The notes: generated by a model from the letters alone, not told the origin. Counted from the stretch's first letter, positions 1-10,557 are shown. The stretch: 64,000 nt of DNA from a bacterium (GCA_021788365.1 JAJYKS010000001.1:3887-67886); one strand, 5' to 3'. Made by a program: numbers and translations.

Positions 1-592
1 GGGGTAGGCCACCCACAAAAAATTGTGTGGCTTCGACGTTGGAGTAGCGATTGGTCTTTTCTACCATTTGCTCCAAAGAAGCATCTTTGTGGTGCTCCAT
101 ATGGCTACTCAGCGTACCGAACGTGCCTTTCACGAAAGGAAGAGCATGTATATCGTGCGGCCAGTCGACGAAATCAAGTTTATGGAAAAGTCGCGCAACA
201 AGATCGTTGCCGAAACCACCATGTCGGAGTGGGTATCCAAGAGAATAGTTGCGGCGGGGGAGATAAAACGCAGAGATACTAGAAGAGCGATGAGAGATTC
301 TAGAAATAATTTCCTTGGCGAGGGCGGGAGTCACAATCTCGTCGTAGTCCATAACCAGGACCCAGTCCCCTGCCGCTTCGCGCACCTGGCGGGCACGAAT
401 TTCTTCGACGACTTTTGGTGTTCGCACTTCTACAACCTTTGCGCGGTATTTCTTGAAAAGAGTGCGGGCGGCACTATCGCTGCGCTCCATATTGAAAATA
501 ATAAGCTCGTCGGCAAAACGTACTGATTCGAGCATCCTAGCAAAGATAGTGAGATCGTCCTCACGAGCTATCTGGGTGCTAACGGTGAGCAT
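1..592 (-). CDS. GT2-like glycosyltransferase, partial (C-terminus lies beyond the window start); not in the ORF track because there is no stop codon inside the window
   Basis: Manual minus-strand translation from ATG 590-592 (alternative ATG 533-535) is open to position 1. It reads MLTVSTQIAREDDLTIFARMLESVRFADELIIFNMERSDSAARTLFKKY...AAGDWVLVMDYDEIVTP...LPRRNYSLGYPLRHGGFGNDLVARLF. These are degenerate GT2 Rossmann and DxD-like (DYDE) motifs. The plus-strand ORF 23..526 is antisense to it. Confidence 0.4.
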   Translation of the reverse strand, partial: MLTVSTQIAREDDLTIFARMLESVRFADELIIFNMERSDSAARTLFKKYRAKVVEVRTPKVVEEIRARQVREAAGDWVLVMDYDEIVTPALAKEIISRISHRSSSISAFYLPRRNYSLGYPLRHGGFGNDLVARLFHKLDFVDWPHDIHALPFVKGTFGTLSSHMEHHKDASLEQMVEKTNRYSNVEATQFFVGGLP

Positions 593-2066
593 AGGCTGCC
601 CTTCGCACACCCACATACGTTGGCGTTGTGACAACAACGCGATCACCCGTGGGAATGTACTTTTCGTCTGCTGTGGCCATTAATGCGTTTACGTCGTGCG
701 CGCCAAGATAGGCGCGGAATTCGTCTATGTTGTAGAAGAACCGCACCGTCCCAGCCGTGTAGTAATAGGTAATGGCGGGCATCCCACCATAGCGAAAGCT
801 GCTTGATAAGCGTGCTGTAGTTGGCAAGACTGCCATTGCTTCCCGCTCCGAGGGAGGCACAAGGACGGCAAGCTCACCACTTCCCAATTTGCTCATCTCC
901 ATGGCAACTTCGATACGGTCTGGTGCGGGGACTGAGGCTTTTCCAAACTCAACAGATTTCGATGCGATAAATAGTGCTTGCACTGCAACGCCGACTGCAA
1001 GGATTGTGACAACACGGTGTGCAGCAACGCTTTCACCCCAACGGGCTATAGCCTCGGCTATAACGAGTGCGATGGCTGGGTATATGGGGAGAATGTACCA
1101 AAAGAGGCGAGTTTTGGCGAGGGTGAAGACAGCGAGTGGCATGAGGAGCCACCATAGTAAAGTTATTGGAAATAGATTACGGCGGACTGTATCAAAAAAT
1201 GGTTTTTTGCTACGGAGGCGTAGCAGCAAGCTGGCAACTCCAATACTAAGCACCGTGAGCGCCCCAATGCCAAGGTTTTGATAGAGATATACGAGATAGT
1301 ACCACCGCGATTCAAAGTGAAATTCTATTTGGGTACTGGCACGCTGAATGACTTGTTCTAAGAGGTATGGCTGGTAGAATTCCCGACCATACGCAAAAAG
1401 AGCATAAAGGTGCCAGGGAAGGGTGAAAATTAGTATATAGAATATCGTATTTCGTATATAGCGAAAACTTTTGGGGAAAAATAAAGGCGCGGCAATGATG
1501 ACTGCCAGGAAGCCATCGAGTCCCTTGAACCAAACGGCGCCGGCTACGGCTGCTGCCACCCACCATGCGGGCTTGTTTTCGAGGAGGAAAAGGACGGTAG
1601 TCGTAATACCAGCTAGTAGCGGCATGTCGGTATTGACTGCGCGTGTCCGCTGCAAAAATAACGATAGCGTCGCGAGTATCCCAGCGGCAAGCAGCCCGTG
1701 CCGCCAAGAGCCGAGGTGCGTACCAATGCGATAGACAATGTACAGTGTGTAGATTGCAAATAGTGGCATGAGGAGCCGGGCGCCAAGCGCGGTAGGGCCC
1801 GTGAGGGCAATGCCGATCGCAGAAACCCAGGCTATACCGGGCGGCTTTTCGAACCACACGGCACCATTCCAAAATGAGACAAAAAGATTTTTGCGGATGA
1901 GGAGCTCGCGGCCCAGTTCGCCGTAGATACCTTCGTCCCAATCGAAGAGATAATCGCGACCAAGATGGGTATAGAGGATGGCGGCTAGCGCAACGAGAAA
2001 TATGGCAAAAAACCAATAGTGCCAATTACTTTTTAGTTTTTGCCACAAGGGCGAAGATTTTGTCAT
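579..2066 (-). CDS. GT-C fold membrane glycosyltransferase (ArnT/PMT-like, GT39/GT83 family)
   Basis: 495 aa polytopic membrane protein. The first extracytoplasmic loop carries 'FDWDEGIYGE', resembling the DE motif of ArnT/PMT enzymes. There is a soluble C-terminal domain. ATG start confirmed at 2064-2066. Confidence 0.7.
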   Translation of the reverse strand: MTKSSPLWQKLKSNWHYWFFAIFLVALAAILYTHLGRDYLFDWDEGIYGELGRELLIRKNLFVSFWNGAVWFEKPPGIAWVSAIGIALTGPTALGARLLMPLFAIYTLYIVYRIGTHLGSWRHGLLAAGILATLSLFLQRTRAVNTDMPLLAGITTTVLFLLENKPAWWVAAAVAGAVWFKGLDGFLAVIIAAPLFFPKSFRYIRNTIFYILIFTLPWHLYALFAYGREFYQPYLLEQVIQRASTQIEFHFESRWYYLVYLYQNLGIGALTVLSIGVASLLLRLRSKKPFFDTVRRNLFPITLLWWLLMPLAVFTLAKTRLFWYILPIYPAIALVIAEAIARWGESVAAHRVVTILAVGVAVQALFIASKSVEFGKASVPAPDRIEVAMEMSKLGSGELAVLVPPSEREAMAVLPTTARLSSSFRYGGMPAITYYYTAGTVRFFYNIDEFRAYLGAHDVNALMATADEKYIPTGDRVVVTTPTYVGVRRAAYAHR

Positions 2067-2976
2067 TCTGATTACCCATTTTACCAGTAAGATAATCGAA
2101 AAACGCCATACGGCGAATGGGGCTGCTCCAGTTACGGGTTAGTGCTTCTTTTATGAGTGCCAAAAATAGGCGGAAGGTGCCATACCGGCGACCGATATAA
2201 AAGCGGTTGCGGGTAATGTAATAGTCGACGAGCGGGCTCCCCGCGACGGTGGAAGAAGAGTTGCGGTGGTATACCACGAGGGTGGGATTGTACATAACCT
2301 CTATCCCTGCTTTCTTGGCTTTGAGGCAGTAGTCGGAATCTTCGAGGTAGAGAAAAAAGGGCTCATCCAAGAAACCGATTTTTTTGAATACCTGTCGAGG
2401 GATAGCGATGAAACAGCCGGTAATAAAATCGACCGGCTTTGCATGATCGTACTGGCCATTATCCACCTCGTCTACACCGTAGTGGCGGGCGACAACACTC
2501 GTCCAGTCGAAGTAACCACCCGCGTACCAGATGATATTCCCCTGCCCTTTTTGCGGTTCATGGTATTCGAAACCCTTGGCGTAGTAGATCTTGCCACCTG
2601 CGATTCGATTCTTGCCGGCCACATACCGATAGGCGCGGAAAAAGAGATTGGGATCGACCACCGTATCGTTGTTTAAGATATAGACGACCTGGGCGCCCAT
2701 TTTCAATGCCTTCTTGGCTCCGATATTGTTGGCGACGGAAAAGCCGACGTTTTCGCCGACGATGAGGTCGATGTTGGGGCAGGCAGCTTTTAGTTCGTCT
2801 ACACACTCTTTGGACGAACCATTGTCTACCACGATTATGTAGGGTGCGTCTTTGCATTTCTCGATGCTACGCACGCAGAGGATGGTATCCTCGGCTTTTT
2901 TGTAGTTTATAAGGACAACGGCGTGTTTTGGGCCATGGGCCCATCGGCCTTTGGCCGATATTTTCTTTTTCTTCAT
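2026..2976 (-). CDS. Glycosyltransferase family 2
   Basis: 316 aa. 'VVLINYKKAEDT...IIVVDNGSS...YILNNDT' is a GT2 Rossmann/DxD-type signature. Overlaps the downstream GT-C gene by 41 nt (operon). Confidence 0.8.
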   Translation of the reverse strand: MKKKKISAKGRWAHGPKHAVVLINYKKAEDTILCVRSIEKCKDAPYIIVVDNGSSKECVDELKAACPNIDLIVGENVGFSVANNIGAKKALKMGAQVVYILNNDTVVDPNLFFRAYRYVAGKNRIAGGKIYYAKGFEYHEPQKGQGNIIWYAGGYFDWTSVVARHYGVDEVDNGQYDHAKPVDFITGCFIAIPRQVFKKIGFLDEPFFLYLEDSDYCLKAKKAGIEVMYNPTLVVYHRNSSSTVAGSPLVDYYITRNRFYIGRRYGTFRLFLALIKEALTRNWSSPIRRMAFFDYLTGKMGNQNDKIFALVAKTKK

Positions 2977-4628
2977 AGCCCCTTCGCTAGCTTTAGTGCT
3001 TTACGATGTGCACGGTGAAGAAGCTTGGTGGCGCCGGTGGTACTTTCAATCGCCAAAGTGGTAAGCCAGTAGGTGAGTTCGTTACCCTTGCCGCGAAGCG
3101 ACGCAAATAATGTTCGTGTTTCTTCGGTTGTCAGTTCTTTTCGCTTCCCTTGTAGCTCCCACAAGTAGACGTACGCCAATAGCGTCTGCGCTCCCATCAT
3201 GGCGGATAAGATGAGGCCATACATACCGTCTTTCCACCCCTCGGTGAGGAAGAAGCGGCGCATAAATTCACTCATGGGTTTCCCCAGCAGGTCGAGTGAG
3301 GTGAATTTCACCCCTTCGGTATTTAAGATGTTTGCGTACTCGCGGGGATACTCCACCATGTTCTTGACGACAAACTCCGACACCGTGTCGTAGTTGTGGT
3401 GGGCGAGATTTCCTGTTGCCGTTGCCGTGGTGCCGTTACCCTTTATAAAACCGGCCCGCTCGTGTACATCACCCGTGAACTGCACCATTTTGGGGCGGAA
3501 GAAGACAAGGCGATAATCGGGATACCAGTCGCTGTGCTCGATCCATTTCCCAAAGATTTGGTTCTTACGCGGGACTTTGACGCCGTCTAAGTAAATATCT
3601 TTAGCGAAAAACTGCAGTTCTTTGGCGAGTTGCTTCTCTACCACTTCGTCAGCGTCGACCATCAAGACCCAGTTGTAGGTGGCCACCTTCGACAGTGCAA
3701 AATTACGCTGCGCGGCGAAGGTATCCAGCTCGCGGGCAAGGATGGTAACTTTGGGAAATTTCTTTCCGCCATAGGCGGATCGGCCTATGGCCGAGGCTAT
3801 TGCCAGGGTCTTGTCCGTACTGCCCGAGTCGATTATGTAGATGTCCGATACCCAGGAAAGTGATTTGAGGCAGCTTTCCAGATCCTTTTCTTCGTTTTTG
3901 GTCAAAACAACGGCCGCAATTGTTGGCTTGAGCGTCTTTTTCTTCCATGAACTGGCCTGGAAGTGATAGGAATAAGAATCCTCTGCGGTCCCGAACTCGT
4001 AGCCTTTTTTGAGTGCGGCCTGCACGTAGAGATAGTCGTTTGACACGGCGGTACTCGTGCCAAACTTGCCGGCCGTGGGGTAGTGACCGAGTGCGTCGTA
4101 GTCTTCTCGCTTCTGCAGCATGGGGATAAAGAACCCATCCTCGACGAATCCTGTTGCTTTCCGCCCTTTGCACCAAGCTATGAACTCGCTCTCCTTAAAT
4201 TCCGAGGGGAGTACGCCAAAGTCTTTTTGGATGTTGGTTTTGTACACAGGGATGATCCCCGGCTCCACTAATCTGCCGGAAATGAGGCGTTTGGGTTGCC
4301 AATACTTTAAGAGATTACTGTCCCAGTGCGGGGCAAAATATTGGTCGTCGGTCGCGAATACTAGCCAGTCGGTCGTTGCGACTTCGGCGCCACGGTTCCA
4401 GTTCCCGTACGGCCCAAGATTGTCTTTGTTTACCCACGCCTTGACCCCATGTTTTTTGCAGACTTTGAGAATATCCTGATTTACTTTGCCGGTGTTCATG
4501 TCTGGGTCTACGACAATCACGAATTCCACTTCGCAATCGCTGTTCTTCTTGATACTTTCTATGGCAAGGTCCAATTCTTCCCAGGCGTTGACAGTGGGGA
4601 TAATGACGCTCACTTTTTCTTTTTTCAT
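2973..4628 (-). CDS. Two-domain GT2-like glycosyltransferase
   Basis: 551 aa. N-terminal 'VSVIIPTVNAWEEL...FVIVVD...DWLVFATDDQYF' and second module 'AAVVLTKNEEKDLESCL...YIIDSGSTDKT' each resemble a GT2 catalytic domain. 4-nt overlaps with both neighbours. Confidence 0.65.
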   Translation of the reverse strand: MKKEKVSVIIPTVNAWEELDLAIESIKKNSDCEVEFVIVVDPDMNTGKVNQDILKVCKKHGVKAWVNKDNLGPYGNWNRGAEVATTDWLVFATDDQYFAPHWDSNLLKYWQPKRLISGRLVEPGIIPVYKTNIQKDFGVLPSEFKESEFIAWCKGRKATGFVEDGFFIPMLQKREDYDALGHYPTAGKFGTSTAVSNDYLYVQAALKKGYEFGTAEDSYSYHFQASSWKKKTLKPTIAAVVLTKNEEKDLESCLKSLSWVSDIYIIDSGSTDKTLAIASAIGRSAYGGKKFPKVTILARELDTFAAQRNFALSKVATYNWVLMVDADEVVEKQLAKELQFFAKDIYLDGVKVPRKNQIFGKWIEHSDWYPDYRLVFFRPKMVQFTGDVHERAGFIKGNGTTATATGNLAHHNYDTVSEFVVKNMVEYPREYANILNTEGVKFTSLDLLGKPMSEFMRRFFLTEGWKDGMYGLILSAMMGAQTLLAYVYLWELQGKRKELTTEETRTLFASLRGKGNELTYWLTTLAIESTTGATKLLHRAHRKALKLAKGL

Positions 4629-6145
4629 ATACGGTGCTCCTCTTTTTCTAGCGTGGCTTCAAGTTCGGCGGCTTTGTTGCTTTTTCCAATCATCCCCCAC
4701 CAATTTACAAATTCGACTCTAATCCGCTCACGATCTATGGCAAGGATGACCAGTGTATATGTTACCACCCCTATAACAACGGTGGCTACCAGTGTCACCA
4801 GGTCGTGCGTGATCACCCTATTGGCGAGATAGGTGACCGCGGACATGACGAGTGCGGCATACAGCGGCTTTTTAACCGAGTTCCATGTTTCTACGTGTAC
4901 CACCCTATTCATTGCGTAGACGACGAACGGTAGGGTCGTGTAGGTAATAATGAGGCCTGCAATCGCGATACCCACAAAGCCGTAGCGGTGGATGAGCGGG
5001 AGCCCTAGTCCCCATGTCATGGCCGTGTAGACAACCATAAATAGGAGCACAATCTTGGGACGACCCAGGGCGTAGAGCGCGTTGGTGTATGTCGTCGTTA
5101 CAATAATCGGGAAGGCTCCCGCCAGGAAAAGAAGAAGTGTGGGCAGGGCCGGCAGCCATTTGGCGCTCTTGTCGGCGTACAAATACTGCAATATGCCAGG
5201 TGCGACTATGAGCAGCCCCGCGATCATCGGCATGTAGATGTACGCCATGAACGATACCGATTTTTCGATCCAGCGCTTGATACGCGGTTTATCATGCTGG
5301 ATGCGGGAGTAGGCGGGGAACATAACACGAGAAACAATATCGATGATCTCCATGGGACGTGTGGCAATATTTTCTGCGAGGGTCACGAAGCCAACTGCGG
5401 CAGGCCCAAACCAAAAGGCAATGACGGTCGGGGTTATGTTGTCTTTGAGGAGGGACAGCGCGGAGTTGAGCTGGTACGGGACGCCGAAATGCAGAAGCTC
5501 GTGAGCGGAGGTGCGCGAGATGTGCCACCCAATTTTCCATGGACGTAGTAGGTTCAAGGTCACCGCGCCTACAACGCTACGCACTACAACGGCGATGACC
5601 AGACTCCACACACCATAGCCAGAAAGCGCCATGACGACGGCGATCGCGTCGTACGTCAACGATTCGACGATGTCGGGGATTATGAGTATGTCGAATTTGA
5701 GCTGACGCTCGAGCATAATTGAAGGAATAGTCTTGAATGACGTCACAAACAGGGAAAGCGAGAGCACGCGGATGAGCCAGACACCTTGTGCTCCAAGGTT
5801 ATACGCGCCAGCCAGGTATGGTGCGGCGATCCATGCGGCAGCAAGGAGCGCAGTCACTAAAAGCTGTTGGATGGTAAAGGTAGTCTCCGCATCTTCCTGG
5901 GTAATCTCTTCTTTCTTTTGGATAAGGGCAGCACCGAAGCCGACGTCAGAGAAGAACGAAAGGAAGGTAAAGACGATAAAGCTGACAATACCAAAGATGC
6001 CATATGCACTTGTCGACAGGGCGCGAGCTAGAAATATGACGGCGACGGTGTCAAAAACTTTAAGGATGAGCCTACGAAATGTTAGGGTAAATACCCCCTT
6101 GAATGCGCGAGATTTAAGATGTTCTAGATCAATTGATTCTGCCAT
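4625..6145 (-). CDS. Wzx-like oligosaccharide/polysaccharide flippase (MOP superfamily, polysaccharide biosynthesis protein)
   Basis: 506 aa, about 12-14 transmembrane segments. N-terminus 'FKGVFTLTFRRLILKVFDTVAVIFLARALSTSAYGIFGIV...AALIQKKEE' is typical of Wzx/RfbX family proteins. Confidence 0.75.
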   Translation of the reverse strand: MAESIDLEHLKSRAFKGVFTLTFRRLILKVFDTVAVIFLARALSTSAYGIFGIVSFIVFTFLSFFSDVGFGAALIQKKEEITQEDAETTFTIQQLLVTALLAAAWIAAPYLAGAYNLGAQGVWLIRVLSLSLFVTSFKTIPSIMLERQLKFDILIIPDIVESLTYDAIAVVMALSGYGVWSLVIAVVVRSVVGAVTLNLLRPWKIGWHISRTSAHELLHFGVPYQLNSALSLLKDNITPTVIAFWFGPAAVGFVTLAENIATRPMEIIDIVSRVMFPAYSRIQHDKPRIKRWIEKSVSFMAYIYMPMIAGLLIVAPGILQYLYADKSAKWLPALPTLLLFLAGAFPIIVTTTYTNALYALGRPKIVLLFMVVYTAMTWGLGLPLIHRYGFVGIAIAGLIITYTTLPFVVYAMNRVVHVETWNSVKKPLYAALVMSAVTYLANRVITHDLVTLVATVVIGVVTYTLVILAIDRERIRVEFVNWWGMIGKSNKAAELEATLEKEEHRI

Positions 6146-7521
6146 TATTCCAAAATCCCCCGAGCCGATAGCGTAAACTCACCTGCTCTTGGCATATTCC
6201 CGTATTCTACCTGCAACGAGGCATTGTTGCATAGGACCCGTGGACCGTTTTCCCCTGATAGTGCGTAGGAGACTTCGAGCGGCGACGTGCCGGTGCCTAC
6301 AATATCCCAGGAACTTTCGCTACACGCGTGTGTTGCTTGTATCATTTGCTCTGCCCGCACCGCCATGTCGGCACGCTTTATTGTCCAGTGTGTTTTTATG
6401 GAGAGCTGCACGGCAACAGCCGAGACCACGACCATTCCTGTAGCGATCGCAAGTTGTCTCCAACCTTTTAGTGGCGAGAGCAATAATATGAGGAGTGGCA
6501 CTAAACCAACATCCAGGTAATGAGGATAGTAGTGAGCAGGAATAGCTACGACCGGCGCGATCCCGACGAGCCACCATAGGAAGAGTACGGCGCTTTGCCG
6601 GCGAGCCACTTCGTCCCCCCTTATTACCAAGAGCGCGGTCCATATCATTACAATGGACGAGATGACGAGGCTCCATACGGTGACGACTCCAGCCTCTATA
6701 CCAAAATCGCTAAAAAATTGGCGGAAATTTACCGCTAAGTGCGGGGCAGCGTAGGAGGTCACAAGTTCGGGGAGGCCAAACGGGAACCACCAATACCAAC
6801 GCAGACCGCCGATTACGTTGGTGCCAAAGATCATGTGGTAATCGGATTGGACGTGGATGCCGGCGGATAATCGGAGAAGTAGGTAGCAAGTAGCAAGAAT
6901 TATGTAAGGAACAAAATTGACAAAATATTTCTTATTGACGATGCGAAAGCCATTTTGATATTGGGTGAGGAGGAAGGCGACTACGGGTGTGACGATGGCC
7001 GTTTCTTTGGCAAGCAGTCCAATGCCAAAAAACAGGGCGGAGCGCCAGAATTTTTTATCGAGAAAGTAGTTTAACGAAAGGAGGCTGAAACAGGCCGCCA
7101 AAAGTTCTTGCGTGGCGGCGATGTAAAAAAGACTTAGAAAATGTACTGCCGAGGTCGCGTACAGAAGACCTACCAGAACCGCGAGACGTGAGTTTTTTGT
7201 CAATTTCTCTACTAACCGCAATACGAGGTAGGCATTTGCTGCTTGTATAAGCACCATGAAACCATGCATCGCGAGCGGGGCGCGGCTTAGACCAAAGAGC
7301 AGCACACTCAGATAATAGTAGAGTTGGGTACCTAAGGGACGATAGAAGGCAAAACCTGATTGTGCAAACGGCGAGAAAAACGCAAATACCTCACCGATAT
7401 TTTTGGCGTGACTAATGGAGAGAAAATAAAAATCATCCTGGGAAAAGCCATACTTTAGCGATAAGCCATACATGGCAAATGTCGCAAGTAGCATGAGCAA
7501 AAAACGCTTTATGTTAGACAT
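6145..7521 (-). CDS. GT-C-like polytopic membrane glycosyltransferase (PMT_2/ArnT-like)
   Basis: 458 aa integral membrane protein. Early loop motif 'FSQDDFYF' (DD/DE motif). About 11 transmembrane segments. Confidence 0.55.
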   Translation of the reverse strand: MSNIKRFLLMLLATFAMYGLSLKYGFSQDDFYFLSISHAKNIGEVFAFFSPFAQSGFAFYRPLGTQLYYYLSVLLFGLSRAPLAMHGFMVLIQAANAYLVLRLVEKLTKNSRLAVLVGLLYATSAVHFLSLFYIAATQELLAACFSLLSLNYFLDKKFWRSALFFGIGLLAKETAIVTPVVAFLLTQYQNGFRIVNKKYFVNFVPYIILATCYLLLRLSAGIHVQSDYHMIFGTNVIGGLRWYWWFPFGLPELVTSYAAPHLAVNFRQFFSDFGIEAGVVTVWSLVISSIVMIWTALLVIRGDEVARRQSAVLFLWWLVGIAPVVAIPAHYYPHYLDVGLVPLLILLLSPLKGWRQLAIATGMVVVSAVAVQLSIKTHWTIKRADMAVRAEQMIQATHACSESSWDIVGTGTSPLEVSYALSGENGPRVLCNNASLQVEYGNMPRAGEFTLSARGILE

Positions 7522-9049
7522 ATTCGCTATCCTCCCACCAAGCGTATAGCCAAATCAGTGTCACCGCCGAGACCGCAAGTCCGACCCACTCCAGGGTGGT
7601 GTGCCCCTGCCAGAGCGTTAGGGTGTGTGAACCCGTTGGCACGTAGAGCGCAATCAAGCCAGACGAATCCGGCGCGAGGGTGACTTGTGTGTTATCGAGC
7701 GAGGCAAACCAAGTGGGATAGTAGGCGCGTGGCAACGAGATCCAGCCTGGACCGGTTACTGTTTTGGGAATACTTCTGGCTGCTTGTGGCGGTGTCTCCG
7801 GCATCCATCGCGGCATATATTCGGGAATAACATTGGCGACAGTTGCGAGGTATACTGAAGACGTATACGCCGAATCTGAGCCAGCAAACGTTGTTTGTGG
7901 AACGAAATATTTATAGCCAAACCAGAAGCAGGAGCCGATCGTGAGGATTGCTACTATCCCTTTTACGGATCGTGGAAGGAGCGCTACTACCGCCCCGCTC
8001 GATACGGCGACACCGAGGCCAACAAGCGTCAGAAACCGCCACGGAAACTGCACCATAGGTAGGAATGGCACGTGATCCCACACGATCTGGGAATAGCTTG
8101 TTGTCATGTACGCGGCAAACGCTGAGAGCCCAACGAAAAACGCCGCTCTTTTTGACCTGCAAAATATCGCGAGTACAGCTGCTCCCGCAGTTGCCAAAAC
8201 CTGTACTTTGCCAATCTTGAATGACATGCCGTCTATCGGGCCGGGTGCGGAGCCCCCATAGCCCCACACACTATTCCACAACTGGCTGAGATAGACAAAA
8301 TGCAGGTGAAAGTCGGAGCGTAATGCGACTGTATCCACCTGTACGAATGAGCGCTCGAATACGAGACTTACCCAATACCAGGCTGTAATAAGCAGCGTAA
8401 TGGCGCCCGCAAAGAATAATCTCGACATACGTTTGCGGTTGCCCCCTATTGCCCATACTGCGAGAAATGGCGCAGCCATAATCGGAATGAGGTTGTGGGA
8501 CAAAATAAACAGCGACCCTACGACTATCGCGTTCCTTACATCGCTTCCCGAGCGAAGATGTTCCCAGGTGGCGAATACCCACGGCAGGAGTGCCATTGCG
8601 GCATATTCGGCGAAGGCACCACGGACATAGATATTTACTGCGGCGTACGGCAAGAGCATGTACGATGCGGCGGCAACCGTTGCTGCCCAGCTCCCCCACC
8701 GGCGAGTAAGGTACGCCGCGCCCGACCCGGCAGTCACAAGCAGTGCAAATAGTATTATTTTTAGCGCCACTATATAGCTCCCCACCAACATTTTTACCGC
8801 TAGCGTTAGGTAATAGACCAGGGGTGCATAAAACTGGAAAAGCGGATAACCGTAGCCGTTGTTTATGCCGAATGCCCATAGGGCTGGGATTTGACCGCTA
8901 TGAAGCGTTTGCTCTAAAAGGTAAGTTCGGGCGATGTGTGTGGTGTCGTGCATTGGGTACCAGGTGCTGTTGAGGAGCGGGCGCATGATAAGTAGTGCGA
9001 GCACGACTGCAGTTATGTATGGAAGGGACGATTTAAGACGTGCAAACAT
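7514..9049 (-). CDS. GT-C-like membrane protein, paralog of 14672..16360
   Basis: 511 aa. The N-terminal pattern 'YPMHDTTHIARTYLLEQTLHSGQIPALWAFGINNGYGYPLFQFYAPLVYY' is shared almost position by position with ORF 14672..16360 (HDD...GQIP.RW...GYGYP.FEFYAP). Confidence 0.5.
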   Translation of the reverse strand: MFARLKSSLPYITAVVLALLIMRPLLNSTWYPMHDTTHIARTYLLEQTLHSGQIPALWAFGINNGYGYPLFQFYAPLVYYLTLAVKMLVGSYIVALKIILFALLVTAGSGAAYLTRRWGSWAATVAAASYMLLPYAAVNIYVRGAFAEYAAMALLPWVFATWEHLRSGSDVRNAIVVGSLFILSHNLIPIMAAPFLAVWAIGGNRKRMSRLFFAGAITLLITAWYWVSLVFERSFVQVDTVALRSDFHLHFVYLSQLWNSVWGYGGSAPGPIDGMSFKIGKVQVLATAGAAVLAIFCRSKRAAFFVGLSAFAAYMTTSYSQIVWDHVPFLPMVQFPWRFLTLVGLGVAVSSGAVVALLPRSVKGIVAILTIGSCFWFGYKYFVPQTTFAGSDSAYTSSVYLATVANVIPEYMPRWMPETPPQAARSIPKTVTGPGWISLPRAYYPTWFASLDNTQVTLAPDSSGLIALYVPTGSHTLTLWQGHTTLEWVGLAVSAVTLIWLYAWWEDSEYV

Positions 9050-9054
9050 AGTTT

Positions 9055-10557
9055 CTATTTTGCAGCCGGTAGTACATGATACAAACGCATGGGGTTGTCG
9101 CGGAGCTTGGGGTATGAGGCTACGAGTTCTAGGCTGGCAGGAACGGACTTGGGTACCGTATTATTTAGGATAAAATATGTTTCCGGGTCTGTTTTGGCAT
9201 GCGCCGAGGCTACCTTTGGTGGAATTTCGTTTATTGGGTATATGCCAATTATAGAGAGTCCCTGAACTCTGCCATCGGTATATAGCTCCAACCCTTCTGG
9301 CAAAATGCCAAACGTGCCCTCGGTATAGATGGTCATCGGCCTGCCCGTTTCGTGAATGCGAGCAACCGCCCAGTCAGCAATTTGCTTGGTGCCGTTCCCC
9401 GCCGACCAGCCGTTCACGTACCCTTGGTCGACGTCGACAAAGGGAAAATGGATCGGGTCGGTAATGAGCTTTGTCATGAGTATTGCAGGATATATAGACA
9501 AAAGGATAAACACCCCTATTCGGAGGCGTACGGACTTTATCCAGCTGAGCGCGTATCCGACGAACATGAGCAAATATGGCGTTGTAAACACCATATAGCG
9601 GGGTGAATATAGGCGGGCGAGAAGAACCGTGCCAAGGAGTGGGAGTGCAAACCAAGCCTTGGCTACAACCATTTCTTTTGGCTGCTTTCGCCAAAATAGC
9701 CACATACCCCAGATCCCGAATAAAAAGACGGGGATGGTGGTGTAGGCGAAGTGCCAGCGAAAGGTGTCGAGAAGATTGTTCCACACTCTCATGGGGTCTT
9801 TAAAAATTTCGCTGTACGGGACCACAAAAAAGCTATTTTTGTCGGCGATAACATGCATCCAGGGAGATAGCCGCTGGACGTTGTAGATCACTCCTGCAAT
9901 CCCCCATCCAACGAGAACGAGAGCGATATATTTGGCGGTTTCTTTGGTGAAGATGTCTTTCGGCCGGCGAAGCTGTATAAGGTAGGCGGCGGGAATAAGG
10001 AGTAAAAAGAACAGTGACGGCGACTTTACGAGGAGCGCCAGACCCGTGACCATGCCAAGTATAAGCGCGACATCGAGACGACGCGTTTTGGCAAGGAGGA
10101 TCGCGCCGTCAAATACTAAAACCCCAAAGGCAATCATCATCGCTTCTACTACCGCGAAGCGATCGTAGAAAAAGAGAAATGGTGAGACCGAAATAACTAG
10201 CATGGTCCACCAAGATGCCGATTTTTTGCCAGTGAGGAGCCAGACGCCGTAGCCGGACGCCAGGATGGTAACCAAGCCGCAGAGTACGTTCATAAATCGG
10301 CCGGCGACGAGTGGGTCCTTAAAGATTTTCAGGAACGGGATCACCAGCCACATCCACAGCGGCTGTTTGCCGTCTGTCAGACTGATGAAACGCCACGAAG
10401 CGTCGTGCCAGGCGATTTGCGCCCAACGAAGGTACAAAGATTCGTCGACAAAAATGGGTAATCTTGTAAGGTTACGCGAAGCAACAAACAGAAACATTGC
10501 CGAGAGTCCAAGTATCCACACCCATTCTTTGCCTTTTAGCTTTGGAAACCACTGCAT
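9055..10557 (-). CDS. ArnT/PMT-like GT-C glycosyltransferase
   Basis: 500 aa membrane protein with loop motif 'LPIFVDESLYLRWAQ' (canonical DE motif of GT83/GT39) and a soluble C-terminal domain. Confidence 0.7.
   Translation of the reverse strand: MQWFPKLKGKEWVWILGLSAMFLFVASRNLTRLPIFVDESLYLRWAQIAWHDASWRFISLTDGKQPLWMWLVIPFLKIFKDPLVAGRFMNVLCGLVTILASGYGVWLLTGKKSASWWTMLVISVSPFLFFYDRFAVVEAMMIAFGVLVFDGAILLAKTRRLDVALILGMVTGLALLVKSPSLFFLLLIPAAYLIQLRRPKDIFTKETAKYIALVLVGWGIAGVIYNVQRLSPWMHVIADKNSFFVVPYSEIFKDPMRVWNNLLDTFRWHFAYTTIPVFLFGIWGMWLFWRKQPKEMVVAKAWFALPLLGTVLLARLYSPRYMVFTTPYLLMFVGYALSWIKSVRLRIGVFILLSIYPAILMTKLITDPIHFPFVDVDQGYVNGWSAGNGTKQIADWAVARIHETGRPMTIYTEGTFGILPEGLELYTDGRVQGLSIIGIYPINEIPPKVASAHAKTDPETYFILNNTVPKSVPASLELVASYPKLRDNPMRLYHVLPAAK

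Noticed and set aside
23-526. 167-aa plus-strand ORF at the window start
   Set aside because: It is antisense to a minus-strand ORF with GT2-like motifs that is open to the window edge. There is no RBS and the composition is not protein-like.
1312-2025. 237-aa minus-strand ORF, with several others of 60-140 aa, nested in alternative frames of the GT-C gene 579..2066
   Set aside because: It lies entirely inside a well-supported membrane-protein gene. Its Arg/Ser/Pro-rich composition is typical of an off-frame GC-rich read.
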